A stretch of 63,256 nt of DNA, counting the filler, from Diploschistes diacapsis (Eukaryota): NCBI GenBank assembly GCA_023645945.1. It is 6 parts of 6 records of this genome, joined end to end, with 100 filler letters (N's around TTAATTAATTAA, not from the genome) between each part and the next. Parts side by side here need not be neighbours in the genome. Positions count along the whole stretch, not along the records: positions 49,800 to 56,479 come from JALAIB010001360.1; positions 56,580 to 63,256 come from JALAIB010001361.1; 4 more parts are not named here. One strand, written 5' to 3'. A program made the position numbers and the translations under genes. The notes under the pieces are model-generated. The model was not told the origin of the DNA. It saw nothing but the letters and a program-made list of their open reading frames with translations, and ran no database searches. This document shows positions 50,896-63,256 of the stretch, piece by piece. Each line of letters starts with the position of its first letter. Position 1 is the stretch's first letter.

Positions 50896-51856
50896 GGCGA
50901 AAAGCTTTGCAAGGAGGCGAGCAAGGTTTCTGAAGGACTGTGCAACGGCGCTTTCAGGCCGCCGGGTAGTCATGTAGTCGAGCGATAGGCGTAAATGAGA
51001 TGGAAAATGTTCCCTTGATAAGGATATAAATCACAAGATGCTCGCTGTGGCCATCGAGAGTTTGAATGATCCCACGAGTGCGAGCGTCTCCGTGAGACAT
51101 GGCTGCCAGAAAGCAAAGTCCGCCTTTCCTCGCACAGCAGTATACCGACCTCACGCACCGCGTCCCCATTACAGGTAAGGACCAACTGTTCGCTCGGCAA
51201 GGCAACGCATCCAAGGACGAGAAGAGTAACAGGCCTAAAGCGCGAGGTAGCCAGGAAACTCATGCTTAGGCCTCAGCATGCGAATTTTGTCCCAGATAGG
51301 TGAAATGCTTAGTTAACCAAGCTCGGTTAGCGGTGAGGGATATGGACACAAGCTTGCGGTTAGCTGCATTGATGCACGCGTCGGCGAACGAGACCCTGCG
51401 CATTCAGTGGTACGAGGTAGATCTAGCTGCCGAACGCCGAGACTAACAGCGGAACGAATCAGTATTGGCCTCGAGTTCTGGCCATGGGATTCGGAAGAGG
51501 CAATACTGCAAAGCCTATCGCATTGCGAACGACCAAAAGTTTAGTTCAACTGCTGGCGTTTGAAAAGGGCAATACCGATAAAGGTAAAGAAAACCAGAGA
51601 ATCAAAGATGTCAAGATCGGAAGGCGATGGCTTCGCAAGAGTCTGCGAGGCCGTGAGGGCAAAGGGAAGAATACTACATAACCTAGACAGATTGCATGAG
51701 CTCTGGCTGATAGTTATTGCAAATTCGGAAGAGTCAGCATCAGCAACATCTGACAATTTACTATTCTTGTCTGCTTTAGTGCAAAGCACGGAAACTTTGC
51801 AGTCATCAAAAGTAATACTCTAATTACCCACCTCACCGGTCTCGTCCCGCGTCAAC

Positions 51857-52911
51857 ATGGCCGTTGAAGAAGGTCAGAGCAACGGCGTCGTACCAGTTTC
51901 AAACGGCAGCAGTTCCAACGACAACATAATCCATGGCAATGGTAGCTACCATTACTTCTCCAAGCCACTCGCAGGCAAAGTCGCGCTCGTTACAGGCGGA
52001 GGTCGCGGTATCGGGGCGGGCATTGCGCGCGAACTAGCCATCAAAGGTTGCTCTGGCATCATCATCAATTACGCCTCGAGCAGCAAAAGCGCCGCCGCCG
52101 TCGTAGCAGACCTCGAGAGCCTCGGCACCAGCGCAACCGCCATTCGCGCAGACCTGACAAAGTACAAGGAAGTCGACCAGCTATTCGAGCAGGCTGTAGC
52201 GAAGTACGGCCGACTGGACATCGTGGCCAGCAACTCCGGCAAGGAGATGTTCCGTCCTCTTCTCGAGACGACCGAGGAAGATTTCGACGGCATCTTCAAC
52301 CTCAACACGCGCGCACAGTTCTTCGTTGCGAAAGCAGCCCTCAAGCATATTTCGCCACATGGCCGTGTTATCCTGATGTCTTCGATTGCGGCTGGACTAG
52401 GCGTCGCAGGCCACGCCCTCTATGCTGGGTCGAAGAATGCGGTCGAGGGCTTTACGCGCTGCTTTGCCAAAGACTTTGGTGTGAAGAAATGCACGGTCAA
52501 CTGTATTGCACCTGCGGGTGTAAAGAGCGACATGTGGACTCAGAATGCGTGGCGGTATGCGCCTGGGTGCAACAAGTCAAGCACTCCAGCAGAGATCGAG
52601 GCCAGCCTTGCAGCCGGAAGCCCGTTGAACAGAGTTGCAGTACCTGGTGACATTGGACGCTGCGTGGCCTTTCTAGCGAGCGAGGAGGGCGAATGGGTCA
52701 ACGGTCAGTACATTGAGCCCTTACACTTGACTTTGTAGCACTTGAGCATCTGTCGGTGTGATGAGATGCTCCCTTCTCAACCACTGGCTTTGCAAGCGGC
52801 ATTTCCGCCACACCCTTCCTTCCATGACATTAGTCTTTGGTGGGCCTTGCTGACGATCTAACGCCACCATTAGGTCAAGTAATCCCTCTAAACGGCGGTG
52901 CCTCGGTCTAA
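51857..52911 (+). CDS. Hydroxynaphthalene reductase (SDR), tetrahydroxynaphthalene-reductase/Arp2-like; intron 52703-52873
   Basis: LAGKVALVTGGGRGIG, NSG, NTRAQFFVA, HALYAGSK (YxxxK), TVNCIAPAGVKSDM, EWVN|GQVIPLNGG. Confidence 0.9.
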
Positions 52912-55900
52912 AATAAGGTGGTGTTGAGGCTGAGATGGGAGCTAGGAAGGAAGATCATGGGGAATTGCACGGAGTTTTCCATTCGGGGAAATGCACCAAT
53001 AGCAGGGCTGTATTATGCAAAAATGTCGTCGGCACATAAAGGGCTGAGGATGGATTGCGCTTAGCCCTGTTTTATGGGCGTCTATAGAGTCTTAGTATTA
53101 ATATTAATATCTGTTGGCATCCTCATGTATCGCTGAAGCTATTCAGATATCCCGAACTGATACTGTACTATCATTTTCCGTCAATGCTCTGTTTGTGTTA
53201 CGAGGAAAACTCTCGCATTAAGCCGCTGTGCTGCTGCAGTCAGCAAATTATCCACACCCGGGGGCGGCCCTTTGCGTTGTATTGCGCTGTTGTCCGTGCC
53301 CAACTGTTTCTGCTACGTGGTGTGTGAAAATAAAACAAATTGGGAACCTTTACAAAAGAACAAGTTACATCACCAAGATACAAAGGTACATGACGCTCAG
53401 GCTTTTTCGTGGAGTACCATTTCGAGTTGCCAGCGCTTTGTCTGGAGGAGCGAACCATCTCCAGCCACCCCGGCTACTATTTCACTCCACTCTCAGATGC
53501 CTTTGCTCCTATTTAACAGCTATGCTTTAAGCTTTTACTTGGAGGTCTAGTCAGTTGTACTCTTTCTCTCTCCATGATAGGTCCGACTACCATCTCTTCT
53601 TCATCCTACACCATAACAAACTCTATCTCCCAGAACCAAGAGATACGACTGGCTTCATTTTGTCCCTCCCACGTCCGGAGCGACACCCGCGCACCAATGA
53701 CGGCTGGGTGTGTATTCCGTGTCCGTGTCACTGTTGGCTGGAGTCACATCCAGGGAGCTCTGACGGAATGATGTTACTTCGTGGTCCATACATGGCGGAG
53801 AAATGGTGTCCGCCTTGTAATGGTGCCCTCATCCATTGCCTTAGGTACCGTTTCAACAGATAGACAGGTCCGAGACTTTCCATCCGTTCAAGCGAAATGC
53901 CATTATGAATTTAGCACATCTCCCTGGGTAATCCTGGACCAACGAAGTGTCTTCCGCCCCTTGTCCATACTTCTTGTCGACAACGACACAACCAGGCAGC
54001 TTCCATTTACGTTAGCCTCTCACTCTTGCACCACAACAACAATAGCCTAAGATTGGCACAGCGAAACCTTACCTAAGCTCTTATCTCTCCGAAGCGCACA
54101 ATGACGTTATTGGCGGAAAAGAGATTCGATTTTGACTTCTGTGCATGTTGCTGAAGCAACTGCATTTGCGTCGGAGGTGGCACCGCACAACGAGATCCTG
54201 CAGGCTGGATCAGGAGTCGCTACTACGTCGGAGGTGCATGACGCTCTGATAGAAATTCCTCTTCTCCATGCATCTCAAAAGGGCTGACCGACTTTACCGA
54301 GCAGCAGACATGGGCGGCGAGACCCCGACGGTTTAATCGGGCTTCTTAAGCCTCTGACAATATACGATGATGTCCAGTAAAGCTTCTTTCTTTGGCTAGA
54401 TTCTACACGAGCAGCCATGTCACTGGCCTAAACTAAAAGATATACGACCCTTTTCTGGAGCTGTCAATCTGCCTCGGAGCCACGCGACCACTCAATATCT
54501 TTCATATCGACCCCGAAGCCGTTACCATTGTGCCCATACCTCCACCAGACGCCGAAACCACTGCCTGAGCCCTACATGGGAGATGCAGGATCCATCTGCA
54601 TGCACAAGACGCCGAGGGTCAGATCTCGATAAGCCCACATGGATGTCGGTGATTCCTGCCCCATCATGCCATGGGCCATGGCCGTATTACTCCAAGCCAC
54701 AGAAAGCAAGACCAACGTCGGAGATCCCTCCTCGCTCCTCGCCATTTTTCATCGCCAAGGAAAAGTCTTTTCAGGTGCAGACGTGCCAATGAACACCCAT
54801 ATCTATACTACTGACCTCATAGAAGTCCAACAACCTCTCCACCTAGCTCCTGGGCCTAGGGCCCCTCGCACTCTACCAGTACACGTTTCCGCCGTCACCC
54901 CGGCCACCTCAACAGACAAGTGTGCGTAGTGTCAGATGAAGAGCTGCATCAACATCCGCATGCAGAACGCAAAACCTTCATACTCGCATACATGTAAGGT
55001 TGCATCTCTCACCCTTGTTCCGGGTTTCTGACTACTTCGAGTGACGAGCACTTGCACCAACACAGCCACACCTGCTGGAGACTTACATCAACGTCAATAT
55101 AGAGAACCAACATCTTTGGCGCAACGCCTTCTTACCTGCATACATGTATCCCGTTCATATTTCCGGCCCCGTTCCCGCCACCTCAAGTGACAGCCATTCG
55201 TACGAGCACGCGAAACTGCTCGAGCGTCGCATTTGCCTCCGCATGCAGAACGCAATGCCTCCTTACGCGCATACCTGAACGCATGACTTGCTACAGTACA
55301 TGACCTTCTACAGCGCCCGCATGCGCGAACGCATCCACCCCAAGCGCTCTTACACATCCCTATCCCCAGCACTGTCCCCACCCCCTGGCCTAACCCACCA
55401 TTGCCCCCTACAGTACCCCAAAACTCTATCTCTCGATCATCGTACCGTTCGCTTATCTCGCCTTGTGCCGGACTACTCCATCTTGCAGATCAGAAAGCCA
55501 CACTCCCTTCCAACCGCCCCTTCCTTCTTACCGCCTATTCCATATCTGTCCTATCTTCCACCCCCCCATCTGCCACTCCACAACCATAGCAGCCCAGACC
55601 CCCGGAAGAGCCACCGAACAAGGAAGCCTCCAATCAACCTAGCCGCCGATCTCCCAGAAAACGGACGCATTCCACACCCACAAGGCAGGACAGTAGACAT
55701 GTAAGCAATCCGCCGCCCGCCAGATCTACGACATACATAAGCCAACCACCCAGTCTACATTCACGGGCGCACACACGTGCGTATCTAGCATTCCAAGGCA
55801 CGAGATGTATATATCAGGGACAGCAGTACGCCGGGGGGCGGGGGCCACGAGACCGATAGAAAGTGTTCCCCCCCCACCCCCAAAATCCACTCCACACCAT

Positions 55901-56479
55901 GAATCATACCACACCGAAAAGCCAATACCAGCGGATAAACCCCCACGAAGACTGCAAAGGGAAAAGAAAATCACCCCCGATTCACAACAGCCCCGTTAAC
56001 TGGCCGCTGTCTGTCGTGGGAAGGATCATTTCTGTGAAACCAGATGGGGGCGGCATGAGCGTTGGATGGGGGTGGGCGGATTTCTGCTATAGTAGACAGT
56101 GGCAGGCAAAACCGCCGGCACGGCCAGCAAAGTCGAGAAACCCGCCGCGTTTGCTATTGCTATTGCTATTGCCCTTGCGGAACCGCGTTGATGGAAGATG
56201 CGATGATGTGAAGGAAGTTCTCGTGGAGATGTACCGTGGCATTGTTGATATTTCTGGGGTTGCATGTCCGAGACAAGTAGGTAGTAGGATTGATAGACTG
56301 ACAGCAGAAAAACAGTTGTGAGGGCGATGATGCTGGTGCTGGGAAGTGGCAGTTAAAGCAGTCGAGCTTTCAAGGAGTCAACAGGAAAATAGCAGATTAA
56401 ATATTAATAGTGTTGGTGATGGGTACTGGTATCGCTATGCTATCGTGTCTCAAACAAAATCCCAAAACCCCCCCTCCCC

Positions 56480-56579
56480 NNNNNNNNNNNNNNNNNNNNN
56501 NNNNNNNNNNNNNNNNNNNNNNNTTAATTAATTAANNNNNNNNNNNNNNNNNNNNNNNNNNNNNNNNNNNNNNNNNNNN
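56480..56579. other. Artificial contig spacer
   Basis: N44-TTAATTAATTAA-N44. Confidence 0.99.
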
Positions 56580-57696
56580 TCGATTAGGTAGGGGGTTGGT
56601 GGGGGGATGGGTTTTGTTGAGAGTGTGGCGGAGGCTTTGGGTGTAGCGAGGGAAGAAGTGTCGACTTTGCTTTGGATGGTGGATGCTTTAGAGGGCGTAA
56701 AGGGGTCGTGCGACATGTCCGGAAACGAACCCTCGTTTTCGGAGAGTTCGAGAGCCCGGAATTCAATGGATTTGACGAAAACAACCTGGCAGTTCTCCGC
56801 CTACTTGTACATGATCAGTATCAATCAGGCAATCCAGAACAGAAATCCCGAGCTGTCTCAGGTGTGGAGTCGACCAGACGTACCTCCATATCATCAAATA
56901 CCTTTCCATCCCAATCCCGCCTCCACTCCCTTGCCTTCTTCCCACTCCGGAACTTCATGAGCACCATATACCGGTTGCTCCTCTCTGTCCTGATCATCCT
57001 GAAATGACTCACCTCCTCCCTCGTCTTCTCCCCCACAAAGCCCAGAAAATCCGACGGGGTCATGTAGGAGGGGACGGCAAGTATGCAAAGCATCGTACAG
57101 TCCTCATCCCGAAAGCCCGGAGAAGACCCGTTCCGGGTTTCGTCCTGGACACTATGCTCTCCCCGCCCATGCTTGTGCGTTTTGGGAGAAGCGGTATCGT
57201 CGTAAAGCCCGGGCGTTGCGTCCGCATCGCGGTATAGCCGGACAACGCCCCAGCCAAGGGACTCCTCCCCGTTATCTAGAGGCTCGAAGCGGCCCTTTGT
57301 GGCGAGGCCACCAGATGGGGCGGAGATGCGTTTCTCGTGGTTAGGTTTGGGAGGACGGCCTTCATTCTTGGACATGTCGATGCTGCGTAGCGTGACTATG
57401 CCCCACCTCCAGTCGCGGGTCTGAGCTATGTCATCTGTATCTGCTTGGTTCAAGACCGCTCTAGGTATGGTGAGTTTAACGTGAAGATGTTCTTGGCCTA
57501 CTCCGTCCGGCGGGAATGGAGAGATATTTTCACGATCATTCGAACTGCCTGATGTTTTTTTCTGGTTCTCCCGCTTCTTTGCAAAAAGGTCTTGGCTTCC
57601 AAACAAGGCCTTGCCTGTCTGTGATTCGTGGTGATAGACTGAGGGTACTTTTGTCAAGTCTATACGGATGTGGAAGAAAAATGAGGGGGCCTGCAT
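56580..57696 (-). CDS. ETP1: BRAP2/Etp1-like RING and UBP-ZnF protein (3' partial); intron ~56801-56883
   Basis: GWGVVRLYRD, LCILAVPSYMTPSDFLGFVG..SHFRMIRT..NRYMVLMKFR..GKVF.DME|AENC.VVFVKSI; truncated just before the RING domain. Confidence 0.88.
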
Positions 57697-58098
57697 CGGT
57701 ATTAAAAGTAGGATGATGAGAGCATGTCAAAACGATATTTTCGATTGCTAACTACGGCTCTATGAGAGTAGGAATATGAGTCAAGATGATCGAGAACATT
57801 CTTCATTTCTGCTGTTCCACTCGTTCCCACAAACAACCGACGAGTTTTGCATTTTTCATTTTCAACCTAAGCTTTATTTATACCAGCTATATTCCACTAC
57901 ACGGGCCAATGCTCGATGAATTTCACGAAAGTCAGAAAAACCATTGCATGATTGCAAATTCAGTATGCATTTGCTGGTATCAATATGAACAGATCATGAT
58001 GTAGCATTCATGAAACCTTCCCATCTCCCATGATTCTTTCATCAAGAACACCCATGTCGCTAAACACCCAAACTCGTTTGTACCATCATGTCGAAGCT

Positions 58099-59135
<1,037 letters not shown>

Positions 59136-59303
59136 GGTGGATTATTGGAAGAAAGAACTATGGGCTTTGTGATGTGAATATGGGAATTTGCTGAAGTTGG
59201 TGAAGGTTCGCTACTGAATGATGGTGATTAACTGTGGTGAAAGAAAGACAGTTGTGGGAAAAGAGGTTCCTAGTTTAAGTAGTGGCGGGCGTCAACACTT
59301 GGA

Positions 59304-59350
59304 TGAGTCAGCTTTATATGTGTGGCGAATGACGGAATCTCGAATGTTCC
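59304..59350 (-). promoter_or_regulatory. Candidate UBI4 promoter elements: TGACTCA (Gcn4/CpcA-type), TATAAA, GAAnnTTC heat-shock-like dyads
   Basis: TGAGTCA 59304-59310, TTTATA 59313-59318, GAATCTTCGAATGTTC 59335-59350, about 170-215 nt upstream of the ATG of a gene class known to be stress-induced. Confidence 0.45.
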
Positions 59351-60395
59351 ACTAGGATCTTTTCAAGACTGTAGTGATTTTCCCGAACGTGTTTATCTCA
59401 GACTACCGGTTAATGACTTTGCATCTCAATGTTCAAGGTCAATGTCAATATGGCTAATGCAAGATACCAACTACCTACGAAACCCACCAAAAATACTACG
59501 GGAAAAATGGAAGTAAGCCCTGGTCTTTGTCAAGTACCGGATTTTGTCTCGGAGCTTCCAACTCTCCAGTGGCTAGGCGCAAGTAGGTAAGCTCTAGATC
59601 CCCTGACCATCCCCGCTTCTTTGGCAGGCATCAGGAGGGGTTGAACTGGCCGCGTGAACATGTCAGCGAGCGCAGAAACAAAAGGAGCACGGTTGAGTGC
59701 CTGCAGGGCCTGGAGGAGGCGTTCTACACAGGTTTAGCTCCAGCCTATTACACGGATGTGCTCTGATAAGACTAATGCAGCAAATGAAGGCCTGAGTGTG
59801 CGAGGATACGGATGGGCATGTTTTTAAAGGCATCACTTTCGGAGCCTCGCTCAGCTCTCTATGCAAAGCAAGGCTAGTAGGTTCTGTCACTTGCGGGACC
59901 TTTATCTGGTATAGAAGCGAACATTGTATTTCCCCATTACTCAAATCTTGTTTAGAGTAGGTCACCAGCTCTATATGTACAATGCAGAAGCCTTAACCGT
60001 CTCACGGTTGGCAGAACAGACTGCTCGTCTTCAGCTCTCCCTAGAGTTTCCTCACAGACATCAGCAGGTGAAGCTCGTCGTGACTCTATGCCGTTGACAT
60101 CGTGAAACATAACGACCGTTCCCCTCGGCGTGCTCCGCTTGAACGCTTTTCAGATGAAGGATAGAAACGAGGAAAGACGGCTGTCGAATAAGGATAGGCC
60201 ATTTCGAAGTGAAGTAAAGATTTTTTTTTTTAAAAAAAAAAAACCAAAAAAAAAGAAATCTCCAGACGCTACATTAATGGTCAGCGATAATCATAGGGCT
60301 GCGTAACGCGTCGGCATCGATGGGTGCTCATTCTGTCGAACAGGTCGTGAAATCCGTAGACTCAGCTGTGAAGGTATCATGATATCATGGAAACA

Positions 60396-62840
60396 TCAGT
60401 GGGCTCGAATGACGAGCTTCGAAACGAAGGTATTGGAAAGGCAGTCAAAGTCATTGCGGTCGAAGTTGGCCTGGTGCCGGGTCTTTAGGTATTTGTCTGA
60501 GAGAAAGGTCAAAATTTCATGCAATAGCAAAAGTCTTCGAGCCATCTTACCATTTCGTGCAATATGATCGCGGACCTCCTCCATCGCGGTGCAGACGGCG
60601 GCATTAGAATTAAGAAGCAAGTGGTGCTTAGACGTATCCCACTCTGTGAAGGCTGGCACCTTCTGGGAGATGGCCGAGAAGAGGCCGACGATGACGCCGA
60701 CGGGGGTAGACTCCATGTCCTTGCAGAACTTCTCGACCACTGCAGCATCTGGGATGCGGTATCGACAATCGAACTGCATCTCCTCCCATACCACAAGGAG
60801 GACAGAGGCGAGCATGAAGATGGTCGGCCAGTGCTTGAGCTTGTCCTTCGAATAGATGCTCGAGTAGAGCGCAGAGAGCTCCTCCAAAACATCCTTCTGA
60901 AGCTCACGCCACAGGTTGGCCATGGCGCACTTGACCTGAAAGTTGATCATGACGGGAGCAGCGGTTTCGCCAAAGTAATACGAGTCCTGAGGAAGCTTTC
61001 CTGCCATCTCCTCGTGCTCCGCACCGACAGACTTGACCAGACAGATGGCCTGTGTCAGGTTGTACGCTAATACAAATTTGAGCGCCTTTCGGATGACAGG
61101 AGTCTTCTCTCTGACCCAAAACCTGTAGACCGTTTTCAGGATTTCCGGGAAGAACGGCGATCCCTGGAAGTACTCGTCGACGAAGTATTCGAATCTACCA
61201 TCAATATGGCGGTCCAGATAGTCCGACAACATCGCAGCCGATATGCCCTCCATCCCCGCAGACAGCCTTGCCGTGTTGACTTCGAACTCATTGACGAGGC
61301 CATCCTTCGTCTCCACCCAGTCGACGCCAAAGACCTTGTCATCCATCACAAAGACCTCGCGAGCCTGAACCGGAAGATAGTGGCCATAGCCATGAGTAAC
61401 GAAGAGCGTGCTTTCCTTGTCCGAGAAGCCCTTGATGTTGCCTATGGAGAAGCCAAGGCTGACGTGCCGTTCATAGTCAGCTTTCCAATCCTTTAGAAAG
61501 TAGCCTAGGTCCTTGATATCAATCCTGGTGCAAGGAACCAACCACAAGCGAGCATGGGATGGCTGACAACCCGCGCAGGGATCACCCTTATCACACTGAG
61601 CTTGTCAGGTAGAAACTTTGAGCCGCTGTTGGGATAAACTCACAGTCTTTTTCAGGAATCGACACCGAATGCAAGCGCCCAGCTTGCGAATCTCGGAAGC
61701 TTGCTTACGTTGATCAGGCCGGAGGGGGCCTTTTCTCCTACCAACACGCTTCTCCGTCGTTTCAGCCTTGGAGCCCTGAGTAGGTTTCTTGCTGATACCC
61801 TTGGTAGATGCGGCTGTTTTGGTAGCGGTAGACTTACGTGGCCTGCTACGTGTTGGGGGTGAGATAGGAGAACGCTGTGGGGAAGTGGAAGGGGGTTGGT
61901 CAGTAGAGATGGGCTTGACCAGGGCGGCCGATGCGAGGACGGGAGGACTGTGGCGCTCCATTTCGTAATAGAATTCGTGATCCGAAGGGAAATGAAGTTC
62001 CCCTGTGCTGTCGTTGCTGGGTGAGCTCGCGCATTGCGAGACTTCCACGAAATCATCAGACGAAGTGCGAGAATGTTGTCCGTTTTCCGACGATGAGTCC
62101 GAGAGGGTACGGGGATGCAGAGTCTGGCTGGGATTGAAGATGGCCCCGGTATACGGATCGACGCGCTCAACAACATTCCAGCCGTTATCACTGCTCGAAG
62201 AAGAACGTGCCTCATAGATTTCACTGTATGATTCGGTAGGAGAGTTCATATGACCCAGTTGATGTTGCTGTTGCTGTGCCATAACCTCCTGCACGGTCTG
62301 CAAGTCATACATGCTGGTGTCAAGTTCGGGCCAAGGAATGGGCATCTGGGCCAAATTGTTCATGTTCGAATTCATGTTCATGCCATTGTGCATGGAATTT
62401 GCGATGGCGATGTATTCCTGCTCCGTCGGGAGTGCGGCACTCATGCTGGCGTTCATGTTTCCCTCGAGACTTGCTTCGAATGTTGCCTGTTGTGACATGT
62501 ACTCGGTCGGGGAGTGGAAAGTGCCGTAGGTGTCGAACTGTTGGTGAGGGAAGGAGTTTGTGTCGAGGGGGAAAGAGACCGGAGGAGCCTGAGATGTCAC
62601 CTGCCATTCTGCCATGATCGATGGCGGCGGATAGGTCGCGGTCTGTTGATACTGATGGGAGTCCAAAGCGAGGGAAAGCGGACTGGTTGACCGCTTTGGC
62701 ATCATGGCGGCGGCGCTTGCGGGAGCCTCGTTAGAGGAATGCTGGAGAGGCCATGACAACCTCGAGCCAGCGTACTCTCGAGGATAGTGAAAATGGGCGC
62801 TTCTCGGATCAAAATCGAAGCTTGGGATGGGCTCGGCCAT
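60396..62840 (-). CDS. Zn(II)2Cys6 fungal transcription factor; introns ~61597-61643 and ~60497-60550
   Basis: RKLGACIRCRFLKKT|CDKGDPCAGCQPSHARLWLVPC binuclear cluster after a basic KKRVGRRKG region; Q/S/M-rich N-terminus. Confidence 0.9.
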
Positions 62841-63083
62841 GATGGTTGTGAAGATTGATAATGATAATGATGATGATGAGAGAATGAGAGTGCTGTGTGA
62901 GTAGTAAGGGCAGTAAGAGTCGTGAGGGCCCATTGAATGGGACGTTGGAGAGTCAGAAGGGCCGCTTCTCTTTCACTGGGCGAAAGCAGCGGTGAAGAAG
63001 ATCAGTTCGAATCGCTGTAAACAAGGATCAGCGATGCACGACCTTTACCCGATACTGTCTAGCTTACCCTGCCGAGAGCCCAC

Positions 63084-63248
63084 CAGCGCCAGCGCCAGCG
63101 CCAGCACCAGCACCAGCCCCTTCGATAAAAATAAAAAAAAACTCGGGTTTACTTGTTACTCTGCAGAATTCACTCTCCCCACCAGCCCAGTTTTTCTTTT
63201 CTCCCTCTCCCTCTCCCTCTCCCTGTCCCTCTCCCCTCTCCCCCTCCC
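63084..63248. repeat. Simple repeats upstream of the Zn2Cys6 gene: (CCAGCG/CCAGCA)n and (CTCTCC)n
   Basis: ccagcgccagcgccagcgccagcaccagcaccagc and ctccctctccctctccctct. Confidence 0.8.
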
Positions 63249-63256
63249 CATCACAC

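Noticed and set aside
60221..60243. T11-A12 hairpin resembling a terminator
   Set aside because: Adjacent homopolymers in a eukaryotic 3' region; no evidence of function

Overview
Eukaryotic sequence from a filamentous ascomycete (Pezizomycotina: short GT-AG introns with CTRAC branch sites, fungal gene families). It is not one locus: six contigs are joined by artificial 100-nt N/TTAATTAATTAA spacers (6710-6809, 13519-13618, 20302-20401, 49700-49799, 56480-56579), so gene adjacency across spacers is meaningless. Most genes are housekeeping: NUP57-like nucleoporin, SLC35C2/TPT transporter, GND1, RBM42-like RRM protein, HIS6, NIPA-type transporter, VMA4, DNF1/2 flippase, ETP1/BRAP2, UBI4 and a Zn2Cys6 factor. 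There is also a secreted mucin-like gene divergent from a membrane pepsin-like protein lacking its first catalytic Asp, and a divergent scytalone dehydratase / hydroxynaphthalene reductase pair. The standout is a ~14 kb accessory immunity island (28.2-42.4 kb) between core-looking genes. It holds (i) an apparently intact NLR with an N-terminal TM segment, SesB-like lipase, NACHT and near-identical 32-aa repeats with a hypervariable loop, (ii) two decayed NLRs (NACHT-TPR and SesA-NB-ARC-TPR), (iii) a frameshifted pantothenate synthetase, (iv) a G>A-riddled PD-(D/E)XK-like relic fused tail-to-tail with the first NLR, and (v) an unexplained GTC-N4-GAC palindrome array. Contig 1 carries a RIP-like-degraded DDX60-type helicase. 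All family assignments are from motif recognition by eye; no database searches were run.
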